Assembly: GCA_964016885.1 (NCBI GenBank)
Contig: OZ024740.1
Span: forward strand, 223,944,001-224,008,000
DNA: 64,000 bases
Reading direction: 5' to 3'
Origin: Eledone cirrhosa
Lineage: Eukaryota
Positions 13,431 through 26,862 of this stretch are shown here, piece after piece (position 1 is the stretch's first letter; each line of letters opens with the position of its first letter). Under the pieces are notes generated by a model, which worked only from the letters and a program-made list of their open reading frames with translations, had not been told where the DNA came from and ran no database searches. The position numbers and the translations under genes are program-made.

Positions 13431-15013
13431 CTTGCATATTGAGGTCTTTATACATACAAAAGTTCAGTGATCCCTCTACAAATACCTTTTTGCTTTGAAA
13501 AATTCTAACAGAAACACATTAGATATATTTTTCTATGTAGTCAAGAAAATATTTTAGGTCTCAATAACTGCTGACAATCTACACTGTATTTTTACATGCC
13601 TCTCTAAGCTTTTAAAATATACATAGCAAAAGCAAAAGTGAAAAAGAGAAAAATAAAATAAAATGGGAAACTTTACTCTCTAAACAGCATATCTCAGCTA
13701 CCCACCATATACAAGATGACAAAACATTTGCCACAAAGAACAACCAGCAATATCTTTTGCAGAAACTAAGTTTATTTATATTATTTCTTTTTTTTTTTAA
13801 ATCCTTTTCTCGTTTTTCATTGTTTTATGTTCTTGTAGAACAAATTAGTTGATGCATTAGACAGTTTTATTGAAAGACAAAAATACCTCATTGTCATTTA
13901 AAGGCAAAGCTTGTTTGAAAATATTTCTAAGAGTAGAAATTTGATGAAATATTTTTCCTAATAAAGACAGATGCAATGTAGAAATTTTCTTGTTAGATTC
14001 TGCACTGCACTTTGCCAATCTAATATATCTTTCATTTCTGTGATAGAACCTCTATCAACATAATCCTTTTAGAAATCACCATAATCCACATCATCTTATT
14101 GAGGTTATCAGTCTTCTCATTAACACTATTTTCTTTTTGACTTTCTCTTTTATCTGCAGGTATTTGTCTTTTTACTTTAAATTTTCTCCTGGGCTGCGAA
14201 ATATCAAAGTAAAATATATGGGTCAGTATGATTAAAATCAAGTGGAGGTGATAGTATATAATAGTATATACCATTAATGTACTCTCCCAATAGCATATTC
14301 TTTTGATTGGCTTCTTTTGAAGTTTCCCTTTAAAAGGATTAAAAATCTTCCCTACATACCCCCTTCATTTACTAATCCAATATTGGCTGCTACCTCCTGC
14401 TGGTCTTAAGGAATGTTTGGTTCACAAGTCTTCCCAAATTAAATTTAAATTCAAACATCAGCTGTACCTGAATTAGAAGTTGCAAGACACTGATTCTCTA
14501 CAGCACAGAATATTTCAAAAGTGTAGACAATTTACTTGTTGTTGTTGTTTTCATTCTTCTTATTTCATATATATGCTTTTCCTTCTCTCTTCATTCTTAC
14601 CTTTCCCTACCTACCACCACTCTCATTTCCTTTGTCAATCACTTTTTTTTTAAATTTACCATTATGTTTATTTCCTTCACACATTAGTTTTTCCTACTTC
14701 AGAGCTACCTGCATACCAACAGCTATCTATACCATTGCGAAAATATTTCAAGAATGTCACTGACAGTAAATTTTAAAAATAGTTAAGGAGGTGTTTCTAT
14801 GTATTAACATTGCACTCCTGTGCAGAAGTATATATATATATTTGATACATTTTCTATCACAAGATTCAAAATTTAAATATGTGTGTTAAAAAATGTATAC
14901 AAAGCATGCTTGTAAAATTTATTATGTGAATACTTGCTATTGTATATGCATATAATGTAGTGCTTACTTGTCACCTTAACTATGTTCAGGATTATGATAT
15001 TCACACATGTAAA

Positions 15014-15548
<535 letters not shown>

Positions 15549-17399
15549 TTGACACATACTGACAGATGCATATGACTGAAAGTATATGAAGGCTCCTAGT
15601 ATGGTAGACATTTTATTTCATTTTTCAACTTATGTTAACAGAAGAAACAATTTTCTGTAATTTTAGTTATTTCATTTTCCATTTATTTCAATTACAATTA
15701 TTATTATCATTATTATTATTATTATTATTATTTTGGTATCAAATATTCTCCAATTCCATTTATTTTTTTCTCCTAATGTATCAAAAGTTAGAAAAATTGC
15801 AAGAAAGGTAGATGTGACAAAATTGAATGAAGAAAAGTTAACATCTATACATGACTGCAGGAAAATCGTGCCTATAACATCCGCTGACTCTTTGAATAAG
15901 TTTAATTTGTTTCTCTTTCGATGTTGAATATTTGACCTTCTTCCCTATCAGAGGCTCTTTTTAATGTTACTACAATAGCTTCTCCCACATGCATGTATTT
16001 CTGTTCATCTTAGCTAAATCTTTAACATTATTCCATGCTCAAGAGTCAACTGAAATGAGCTACAATCACGGAAAACAAAATTCTATGCCATCATTCACTA
16101 ATTTCGTCTGTTTTTGTTTGTTTATTTGTTTTTAACATACAAGAGCAGGTATAAAGAAAATATAGAAAAAAATCTGGCATCAAAAATAAAATAAAAATAG
16201 ATTATAGAAAAAATATTAAGTGTAAGGAATAAATGCTAGTGGGAGTAAAACAAGGAAGTTAAACATTACTTGCTCTTAATAACACACAGGCTGAAAATAC
16301 TAAAGGTCTTTCACTTCAGAATCATAATTTTGCACTTTTTCTTCTCTCAGTCATTGATTATGTGTTTTTTAATTGATCTAAACAAATTATGAGTTCAATA
16401 TTATTTTTCCATCATTCATATCTTTTTCAAAGGAACGTTTTTTGTTCATTTTGTAAGAAGTAAGCTAGAGACACAGGTCTTATACATTCGCATCACCATT
16501 TGTATGAATGAAAAAGAGGTTTCATTGAAGTTGCATGTTATGTTCAACCTTTTTTATTACAAACTGCCTGAAACTATCCTCGTAGAGTTGTTTATTTAAA
16601 AGTGTTTATGATTATAAGACGAAACTTCTAAAGGAATATGATGTAAGAATCTTCGTTAGGTTATATCTCACATAGTGATGTTATGCTCCCTCAATAACGA
16701 TAAAATTATATCGCTGATTATTGGCCAAACCTGATCCTAGTTTAATGTCTATTTTCCATCCTAGCATGGGTTAGACAAGTAGTTTCTTTGTGAGACAAGT
16801 CAGGTTAGAAGAATAGGTTTTACTCATACAGAACTGATTCTGGCTTGGTTTCTACAGCTTTTGAAAATTATGTATATGCAGTGTCTTTCATTACAATATT
16901 TGTAGTTAGGTATACAAAACATTTTATATGAAACTTCCTGATAAACATAGCAATGAGTGATTTACTGTTATTATGTTCCAATTGTAGAAATGGTGCAGTC
17001 ATTTCTAAATAAGCAGATCTGTGATTATAGAATAAATAGAGATTTTATTGGGACTTATTCAGACATGGCTTAATTAACATACTACTGCCTTTGCTAACTA
17101 AACAACCTCAGTTTCGTGTTGCACAAATGAAATGTGTGGTATTCTATCACATTGAAGTAGGATCAGTGAAGAGAAATAACCTTTATCAACAAAAATGTAT
17201 CATTATCAGTTGCATTTCTAATTGCATAGGGCATTCATAGTAAATATAATCTTTTTTATGAGAATTTGGGTCTTCTTCTTCTTCTTCTTCTTCTTCTTCT
17301 ACTTCTGCTTCTTCTTCTCCCCCCCCCCCCTCCTCCTCCTCCTCCTCCTCCCCTACCATCAACCTTTGATGTTGTTTGGGCCATCCTTTTAGAGAACAC

Positions 17400-17990
17400 C
17401 AGGCTACAACTATTAACCTTGTCATTTCACGAATGCTGGTAGTCCAGAACCTTTATCAATATTCATGCTGTTCCCAGCAGGCATGTCTTCTGATGCAAAG
17501 TCTCTTTTCCACAACTAATTTTCAAGGCTCTTTGTCACTATGCCCAGAGCTCAAATTACCATTGGGACAATAGTAACTGTCTTCACTTCTTTATTCCAGC
17601 ATTTCAAGATCTCATATTTTAAGTCAGTATAACCCTCTACTTTTTTTTTATTTTTGTTCATTTGTGGTGCCAAAAGGACATGCTACATCTATGAGTGTAC
17701 TGTGACTTTCCTTCTTCGTAAACACGACATCTGGTATTTTGTGTTCAATCTTCATTTCAGCCTGAATTGGGAAATCCCATGGGAGCTTTATCTTATCATA
17801 GCACTCTCATCGCATTTATGACACCATGTTCATGGTTTTTTCTGCACATGGAAGTTTATACATTTTATACAAGCTCCAGTGCCACATGGTAGCTTCCTTA
17901 TTATGTCTGCCTTTTTTTATAATCATTCTGAGCTTACTGCTTACACTCTGAAAACATATGGGTAACTATTTCTACTTTCTACCCATAAAT
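17400..17990 (-). pseudogene. R4/Dong-like LINE restriction-like endonuclease (RLE) fragment
   Basis: Manual translation gives RHNK...WDFPIQAEMKIEHKIPDVVF...LIDVACPF...YTDLKYEI...IVPMVI*ALG, the RLE PD-(D/E)xK signature, with stops. Confidence 0.7.
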
Positions 17991-18017
17991 TCCGCATTAT
18001 TATTATTATTGTTATTA

Positions 18018-18178
18018 TTCTTTGAGTCTCAGTCATTGATGTTATTTAAGTGGAATGTTGGTTCAAATGAACATCAAGCCGCTGCCTGCAGCCTCAGATA
18101 TTCAGGAGGTATCGGAGGGTTCTTGCTGATCCCAGCAAACGGGGCTGGACTAATCTTCTTAAACATCCTTGAAAACTC
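18018..18178 (-). mobile_element. 3' end of a second R4/Dong-like copy
   Basis: LLGSARTLRYLLNI* resembles the RLE-LINE C-terminal LGxAxxLR motif; bounded by TTA repeats. Confidence 0.5.
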
Positions 18179-18212
<34 letters not shown>

Positions 18213-18214
<2 letters not shown>

Positions 18215-20321
18215 GGCCAAGGTGTTAGCAAAGAGATTGGCGCTTGTCGTCGAGGATTTGGTTGGGGAGGCGCAAACTTGTGCAATCCCAGCCAGGTCCA
18301 TACACGACAATCTCCAGCTCATGCAATACATCATAGAGAGTGTAGAGTGTAAACCTGGCTTCGGTGGGGCACTAATCAATTTAGATCAACCAAAAGGATT
18401 CGATAGGGTCGACCATCGGTATCTGGAGTTTGTCCTCAAAGCAGCTGGCTTCGGCCCTGTCTTCAGAAGCTGGATCGCTGCAATGCACAGCGGCACACGC
18501 TCGGTGGTCAAGGTTAATGGCCACCTCTCGGAACCATTTCGGCTCTCCCGATTGGTACGTCAAGAGTGCCCTCTCTCTTCCCTTCTGTACATATTGACTC
18601 CGAGCCTTTACTGCGGAAGCTGAAGCTGTTGCAGGGCATCCTACTCGAAGCGGGATGTGGAAAGGCAGTGTCGGTTTATGGGGACGACATCACCGTGATG
18701 GTGTTGGACACCTTAGAAATGGAGGTGGCCGGCACCTTATTGAAGGAATATGAAAGGTTGACAGGAGCCAAACTTAACCCGGAAAAGTCAGTGGGCTTGC
18801 AGCTCGGAACCTGGAGAGGCAAGCCCATGCCGTCCAACAGCGTCGTGGGCCGCTGGACAGACGGACCGGTAAAGTTGCTCGGGGTTTGGTTCATACTAGA
18901 CCTCCAGGTGGAAAAGAGTTTGGACGAGATAACGGGCAGAGTAGCCATTTCTCACCCAAAAATGGGCTGGGAGGAAGCTATCACTGAAAGGTAGCGCGGA
19001 GGTGGCAAATGCATACATTGCATCTGTCATCTACTACCGCCTGACCATCGTGCCTTGCCTCCGTCCGCGCCCCATCAATTTGGAATGGTTCCTCTTCAAA
19101 TTCTGTGGAGGGGACAAGTTCTGTTGGTGAGGCGGTCCACCTGCTGCCAGCACCCTCTACGTAGAGGGCTGGGCATGCCGTGGCTAATGATGTGCAGACA
19201 TGCGTTGACGTTACGACATCTCCAGATATTCTGCCTAAACAGTGAACATGTATAGTCGCCGTTTATCAGACGGGCCTTTCCGCAGCTCGTTTCTTTGATT
19301 GAGCTGCAGTCCTGGGTCAAGAAGAGACCGAGACTGGGTGACTGGCACCTGGAATGTTGCCAGGCACTCACTGCCTTCTACCAAGTGGGCAATGCGATCA
19401 GTGGAACTTCCACTCTCGAGTTCTATACAGGATTTGTGGTGGGCAAGTGCAATGATGCACTCGGAGAAGGTTTGGGCCTCGATGAAGTCGAACTGACCAG
19501 TCTGTGCCGGAGGACTTTCGAGCCGGGGACGATGGACAATTTCCAGAAAACCCTCACTTGGCAATGCTACTGGGAAGCACTGCCAGTTCAGGATAAACTC
19601 TACAGGCACAGAAGTGTTGTCAGACGGACCTGCCCAAGATGCGCACAGAACGACGAAACCGTTCTGCACGCACTTGTCCAATGACCGTGCATTACTGACT
19701 TGTGGAGTTATGTCGAAAAGCTACTGTTGCGTGTGGAACGAATCCGGCTATCGGCCGAATCCATAGTGAAGATCGACCCGCCGCCTTCCTTAGGTCAGGA
19801 AGAGCAAGAAATGTTCCTCTGTCTGGTGGCAGTTGCGAAAGAGGTTATATGGTGGACCAGATTAAAAAGACTTAAGACGAACACTTTTCTCTTCGGCCAA
19901 TCCCTCATCAACTTCTTCAAGTTTCACCTGGAAAGGAAGGTGAGGGTGGAGAGAGAAGTGCTGCCCCCCAGTACATTTGCTAAAAGGTGGATGAATGTAG
20001 CGAGAATGGCCCATGTGAATGGGCCTACTCTGACCATGTGCCTATAGGCTAGCTAACTTGAGGAGAGGGGTTCTCTCCCTGGGTGCCCTAAAAGTGCAGG
20101 TTCAGGATTGGTGGGGTACCCGAGTCACCCCAGAGTCGTCCACCCCCTATTGGGGAATTTATTTTGTTATATTTATGCATAGTTTATTTTATATTTTTTA
20201 TATCTTCATTGTTAAATTAGTCTTGCCATTGTGCACTTTTACTCGACCTTATTGTAAACCCCCACTGTCCCTGTCTTTGTATTGTCCCCTACATGTCGGC
20301 CCTTGTGGCTAATAAATGAAA

Positions 20322-20323
<2 letters not shown>
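18213..20323 (+). mobile_element. 5'-truncated Tx1/L1-clade LINE (RT, CCHC knuckle, 3'UTR), frameshifted
   Basis: LAKVLAKRL, LDQPKGFDRVDH, VRQECPLS, YGDDITV and CPRC...H..Q motifs across ORFs 17958-20047; AATAAA at 20311; (TTA)n on both sides. Confidence 0.9.
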
Positions 20324-20353
<30 letters not shown>

Positions 20354-20399
20354 GTTGTTGTTGTTGTTGTTGTTTCCATTATTATTTTTATTGCGCATC

Positions 20400-20880
20400 A
20401 TTACTACTTTACTGAGTGCTGCTCTGTGTGCCTTGTATATGAGCAGTCTAGTTTTTGTTGATGTTGTTCTATTGTATTGATATTACTTTTTGTGATGTGT
20501 GCTGTGCATAGTAGTGCTAACTGTTATATGCTGTATATATTTGTAAGCCCTGGGGTTTTGGCTATGTATTTGTCTGTTTGTATTTCTATCATTCCTAGAG
20601 CACCTATTATTATAGATATTGTTTCTGTTTTCATTTTCCACGTTTGAGTTATTTCTATCTCTAGATCTTTATATCTTTAGATCTTTATATTTAAAACGTT
20701 TCTCTATTTCCTTGGCAGATATATTGTCGTCTGTGGGGATAGATACATCTATTAGAAGGCATTTTTTTTTTCTTTGTGTCCTTTTACTATATCTGGTGGG
20801 TTGGCCTAGATCTCTCTGTCAGTATGTATTGGCATATCCCAGAGAATGTTTGCTTTATCATTCTCTGACACTAGTATCAG
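20400..20880 (-). pseudogene. R4/Dong-like LINE RLE C-terminal fragment
   Basis: Manual translation LWDMPIHTDREI*ANPPDIV...LLIDVSIPTDDN...KYKDL...IIIGALG. Confidence 0.75.
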
Positions 20881-21339
20881 TAGAGTGTCAAACAACATGC
20901 TTCTTTCTTATAGTTACATCCCTTTATGTTCTGAGTTCAAATCCTGCTGAGGTTAGCTTGCTTTTCATCCTTATAGGGATTGATAGAAGAAAATACCAAT
21001 AATACACCAGACTAAACTTCATTGATATTCCCCCTTCCCTTCAAATTATGTCAAATATGAAGGCAACTATTATTATTGTCATCGCATCAAATTTGCCAGA
21101 GATTGAAAGCAAGTTCCATATGTTCACATTAATGATTTGAGGACTCACTCATGTTAAGTTACTGCAGTGTTTCCACTTTCCTCTTCTTTCTCATGCAATA
21201 TCAATAATTTTACAGGTCTTCTCTTACTTGTTTATTATCAATGTCTGGTTTCATGTGGAGAACTTCATAGTTACATTGTATCTTTGCATTTGTCATTTTC
21301 AATCACACTTTCTGGGGTTTTCTATACCATGCCTATATC

Positions 21340-21812
21340 ATTCATCAATTTGTACATACCCAATATCCTGCAACATTGTTATGTCAGATTTTACACTCTC
21401 TATGCACCAGCTTTGTGCACACACTAACAATATGCCTCAATGATTCCCCTTTTTCACCATACATCCTGCACACCTCTAGCAGTCATATGATCTATTTTAC
21501 ACTTCAGATATCTCTTAACAAAACTTGCTCTAGTGCTGCAAAATTTACTGCTTCAGTTTTTGATTTCAAGTCACTATTTGTCCGCCAACTCCACCTCTGA
21601 TTCACTTACAAATTGACCATGCATCGCTCTTTTTGTATCTTTTACTTCTTTTCAATTCTTTATTTTCCACACTATCATATGTACTTTTAACTGCAGTCAA
21701 GAGTAATTCTGTTGCGAGCTTTCTGCACCATCCAAGACTGTTTTCCCCTAAGATCACACAAACCTCACAGCTTATCAGTCCTCTTCCATCTTTTAGTCTC
21801 AATAAGTGCAGC
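21340..21812 (-). pseudogene. R4/Dong-like LINE fragment (post-RT and zinc-knuckle region)
   Basis: RLKDGRGLIS, DLKSKTEA..AA.EQ and CRM...HIVSVC motifs. Confidence 0.65.
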
Positions 21813-22554
21813 CTATCATCATCATCTTTATTGTTATTATTAGAGAACAAAACAATTGATTAATAGGTGAGAAATGCTGCTAACTCGTATTTTATTTTTG
21901 TTGTTGGTTTTGTTTTATTTTGAAGAATAGAATTTTGAATATATATAGCAGATTCTATCAAAGGTTCAGTCAGGAAAATGACATTAATTAAGAATGGTCA
22001 AAGTTGTTGAGCAATTGACTAAATAACTGTGTATGATAAAATATCTGAATTTCTCAATGAACAAATTAATTGTATGCAGTATGCAAATTTAGTAGATAAC
22101 TTGCTAAACAAAGAAAATTCATCAGTGACGGCTATTATTGCTAGACTTTCTCAAGTATCGTGCAATCAATAGAAGTATAAATCTAAAATTCAGTAGATAA
22201 ACTGATTAAAGTAAATAACAAAGAAATCTACAACCACTAACCCTTTCCCCGACTGAAAGTTATTTCTACTAGATCAATAATAAAGTTGGATGAAAACAAT
22301 GCTTGAAAACTAGTTATAATATTGGCATATCATGCTTCTGGCTTTCACAGAGGAATTAAACGAGAAAGTAAGCAGATGAAAATGTGTCATTAACCATTCA
22401 GTATTTCTTGAAATTGTTTCATTCTTGGCAACTGTGACATCATTCATGCAGTGCAGTTTGAGTGTATTTTTATGAAGTCTATAGTATCTTAAATTTGAGA
22501 TACAAGTACATTAAGATCAAAGCCTTGGCTTTGTATTGATTTTAACCTCTCTCA

Positions 22555-22610
<56 letters not shown>

Positions 22611-25055
22611 CATGGATATGATGGATGTGGTTTCCTAATAAAATGTTGAGTATGCAAATTTATGGTTACAAATTCAAATGCCAGTTGTATACAATGAAAG
22701 TAATGTAGGAATATATTCACTCATCCTCATCATCATTTTATGTCTCCTTTCTATGTTGGCATGGGATAGTAAATTTGTTACATTCCAAGTCTGTTCTTGA
22801 ATATAATATGCTGTTGTTCAAATTCGTTCTTTCTCTTCCTAAACTATTTCCAAACTATATTGTAATCAGCTACAACTATCATTTCTTTACTAACTAATAT
22901 GCAAGAAATATTTTACAAGATTCTGTAGTCAGAATTGTACTTGGCCTCCCATTACAAGTCATTAACAATACAAAATAATTCTATCTGTAGAATAATTCTA
23001 TCTGTAAAATAATTCTATAAGTAGAAGAATGAAATTACGTGTGTCATGAGGAATTATTGTTTATTGTGAAAATACAACTATATTTAATATAAATCTAATT
23101 ATTTCAGAATAAATTATTTGAGTTATGTTAAATAATCTAAGATAAATGATAATAATATATCACTTGATGATGTTCAATCATATTTGAATAGGAGATACTG
23201 AAATTAAAAAATATGCATTTATTTGTCTGTTTAGATATCTATACAGTTCAGTTTTTATGACTAACAGAGCAACAAAGCTGTCATTTTATACTAATTTAAT
23301 ATTTTGTTATTTTATCATTATTTTTTCACATTGCTTTATAAAATAATTGTTTCTACTTTTGGCACAAGGTCAGCAATTACCCAGTCTATCCTTTTCTGGA
23401 AGAAATCTTCTTTATTCAGACCTGGAAAGAAGATGGGCTCCAACATGTTTTAAAAAATTACCTAGTTACACCCACGACTCACTTAGGAGTTATGGGACCA
23501 TGTATGCAGGCAATGGTATTATCTACAAAAACCTTCGATTGAAATTAAATTATAGTTATAATCCAGATCTTTTTATTTACTCTATTTAGAGGAAGTTAAA
23601 TAAAAGTGTGATGTCTATGGTTACTTCCCAAATTTTAGTTCATACCATTTTCAGTTAGGGATAATATGTGCCATTCGTTAATATTCCTCTTTCATTGGTA
23701 ATCTTAAATTTAATTATTTCAGATGATAACATCTTCAAGCAATTCACTATGTAAATATATATAAAATATATTTTGATAAACTAAATTCAACATAGAAGGA
23801 ATAATTAATTAATGTCCTAAAATGATAATTAACATCAACTAGAAATCCCAACTCTTCTTACCATTTGAAATGGTTTCCACACTTTTGCATGTGATGTTTT
23901 CTCATTCCCTAGATTTTAAATAATGTTATAGGTGCCTCATTTTCTGAACAGATAGAGTATAGTAAAACAAGATATATAAATAAAGAAATGTTCACCTAAG
24001 GATACCAAGCTTTCTATAACAACTGAAGCTTTCTATAACAGCTGAAGCTTTGGGAAAGTCAGTAAAATGTATATCTTGAGGTTAGGATCCCATAAGAAAG
24101 TAAATGGATGATGGCATTTTAAATGCAATCCTAACTCCCTACTCTACTCTACTTTTTACCCTTGTATTTCTCATGTATATTGTACCAACTTTCCCAAAAC
24201 AATTATAAGCACTTATCTCACAATGCTTTACATAAACTATAAAATATTCTTCAACTGCTGGAAAACTTTTACTTAAAAGATGAAACTGAATTTAATTTGT
24301 TTCATATGAATTTGAAATTTTACTAATTTTCATATTGATGCATGTTACAATTTAGACATCATTGTATTTTACTGACTACTTTGTCATCTTTATGACATTA
24401 TTCAGACTACACTGTGATTCCTGCAGGAGGGGGTCTGTACCTGTTCTTAATTACTCCCTGGAAGGCATTCCAGCAACTTCTTTGCAATTGGCAAGAAGTG
24501 ACACTTTGCATTCCAAACACAGCAGTGCTTTTGTTGTTGATCAGAAACCATGTAGGGGATCAGATTTCAGATTTCGAAAAGGAATTTAGATAATTTAAGA
24601 TCTGTCATTTAACAAAGTAGAAAGATTAGAAGAATGTAATATCTCAGTTTAAATAGTCCAGAGCGCTGCTAGCTTTATTCTCAGGGATAATTGCTATAAA
24701 TTTTAATTGGTTTAAACAAAGAATTTCTCTTTAATAAAAATATGTTATTGTGATTATATTTCACCAAGACAGAAAGCAATAAACCTGTCTAGTAATGATG
24801 GTGATATGGTATCTGAAGGAGCTATGATGTATTCATTGTATGCTGACATTTATTTTTCACTGGTCTTCATTTACAATTCTGTGTATGGTTACGTCTTATA
24901 GTAGAACATTCCTCAAGTTCTAAATGAATTACTGACAGCAAATAGTAAATATTTCCAGTGCAAAGAAACACAAAGAGTTGGTTATATCGATAAATATTTG
25001 ATTAGGAAATTAAGAATTTGGTTATTGACATTAATGAACAAATTCATATGCATAT

Positions 25056-25066
<11 letters not shown>

Positions 25067-25141
<75 letters not shown>

Positions 25142-25162
25142 TTATTTCTCTCTCTTTCTCTT

Positions 25163-25222
<60 letters not shown>

Positions 25223-25342
25223 ATCCCGAGTTGTGTTGGGGAATAATCACAGTCATAAAAGTACTCAATACATTGGTTGGTAAGCATCTTTATTATATAG
25301 AGAAATCTTTAGGAATGAAACAGTTTTTGTCCTGTAGAAGTC

Positions 25343-25437
<95 letters not shown>

Positions 25438-25462
25438 GGCATATATATATATATATATATAT
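25067..25462. repeat. (CT)n and (TA)n microsatellites
   Basis: Direct observation. Confidence 0.95.
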
Positions 25463-25631
25463 GAGAGCATGTATTTCATTTTCTTATAGCATTTTAAGAG
25501 GGTGCGTCGAGCTGCGGATTATTGAGTCGGGTAGGATCGATATAGATCGAACCTTGAGCTGATCACTGACAAAACGCGCATCACCTATCAATAAATGCAA
25601 TGAAGGAATAATCAATCGTCTTTTTTATCCT

Positions 25632-25677
<46 letters not shown>

Positions 25678-26100
25678 ATATAAAGCATAGAAAAAAACAA
25701 TGTAAACAGGTTGAGGATGAAAAATTACTGTTTTAAATACATTTTCCATGTTAGTGTGATTTCTAAAGCTGGATGCCCTTCCTAATGTCATGCTCATAAT
25801 AGAGTATACAAGATTTATTTTATTATATTCCCAATACACACATACACATATATATAGTACAATTCAAATTTCATTCACTTAATATGTATACATGACCTTA
25901 GCTTTCAGGGTCAAAATATAACAACCACTGTATAGAGTAGGAGCTGTTTCGATACTGGGTTCTTATCAGTTTCGTAACCCTAACCCCAAAACCTAGATTT
26001 GTGCATGCATGTTAAGTATACAAAATTTTAATTAAACTAAATAATCTCTCTTACAATAGATTGATCATTGTTTTCCTGTGCCTTTAATCTACAGATATCC

Positions 26101-26140
<40 letters not shown>

Positions 26141-26146
<6 letters not shown>

Positions 26147-26656
26147 GGTATGGATATATATATATAAAAGGGTATGGATATTCCAACAGGCACTAGGTAC
26201 CTACAGAAATATGCATGGTGTTTATAATAGTTGTGGTTCAATGGTACTAATTTGAGATACCAGAACTACAAAAATGAGCGGAGCAAGCAATTATCAAACA
26301 ATCTTTTAAATAAATTAAAAAACGATTTAAATATTCACCTGTTCTATTGCTGTTACCGACGGTTTCACTAATCAAAAGATTGGAAATCCAGAGAATTTCC
26401 AATGGAAAGAATTAGATCTTCAGACAGCTATTTCTATACCATAAGGGTGCAAAACCTCATAGTAAGTCAATATTTCGCTTACTGCCCAACGCATGCGGTC
26501 AAGCCGTTGAAGTGACCCACACGCAAAATGATGCCACAAGTAAAAGCGGGTTATTATAAACTTGCTGATCATGTCGCTAAAAATAGCAGCGTGATACAAC
26601 GTTTTATTCTCTACATAAGGAGAAAAATTATAAAAGGGTATGGATATTCCAACAGG
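26141..26656 (-). mobile_element. Retrozyme-like or non-autonomous PLE unit: 466-bp monomer with terminal direct repeat and an internal HHR
   Basis: tataaaagggtatggatattccaacagg at 26163-26190 and 26629-26656 (period 466), partial third copy at 26141-26157; (TA)n on both sides; no coding capacity. Confidence 0.7.
26349..26428 (-). ncRNA. Type I hammerhead ribozyme
   Basis: Minus strand: gctgt-CTGAAGA-tctaat...[attggaaat/atttccaat hairpin]...attagt-GAAA-CCGTCGG-TA-acagc; all core nucleotides present, GUA triplet. Confidence 0.85.
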
Positions 26657-26676
26657 TATGTATATATGTATGTATA

Positions 26677-26758
<82 letters not shown>

Positions 26759-26783
26759 TATATATGTTATATCTCTATTCTTT

Positions 26784-26817
<34 letters not shown>

Positions 26818-26862
26818 ACCAGCTGTGGCCATGCTAGGGCACTATAGTTGTCTCACTATATA

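Noticed and set aside
14125-14170. Polypyrimidine-CAG|GT motifs (also ~905-922 on + and ~49230-49260 on -) as exons or recursive splice sites
   Set aside because: Adjacent frames are closed or unrecognisable, such motifs are expected by chance in AT-rich DNA, and there is no transcript evidence.
19682-19684. TGA at the last Cys of the Tx1 CCHC knuckle (paralogue reads QCP): possible selenocysteine recoding
   Set aside because: The copy has several other stops and frameshifts, a single TGY-to-TGA change explains it, and I recognised no SECIS.
25935-25985. Minus-strand CTGATAA...GAAACAGCT hammerhead-like motif; similar partial motifs near 28440-28490 and 44395-44515
   Set aside because: The core is mutated or no stem I pairing can be drawn; too degenerate to call.
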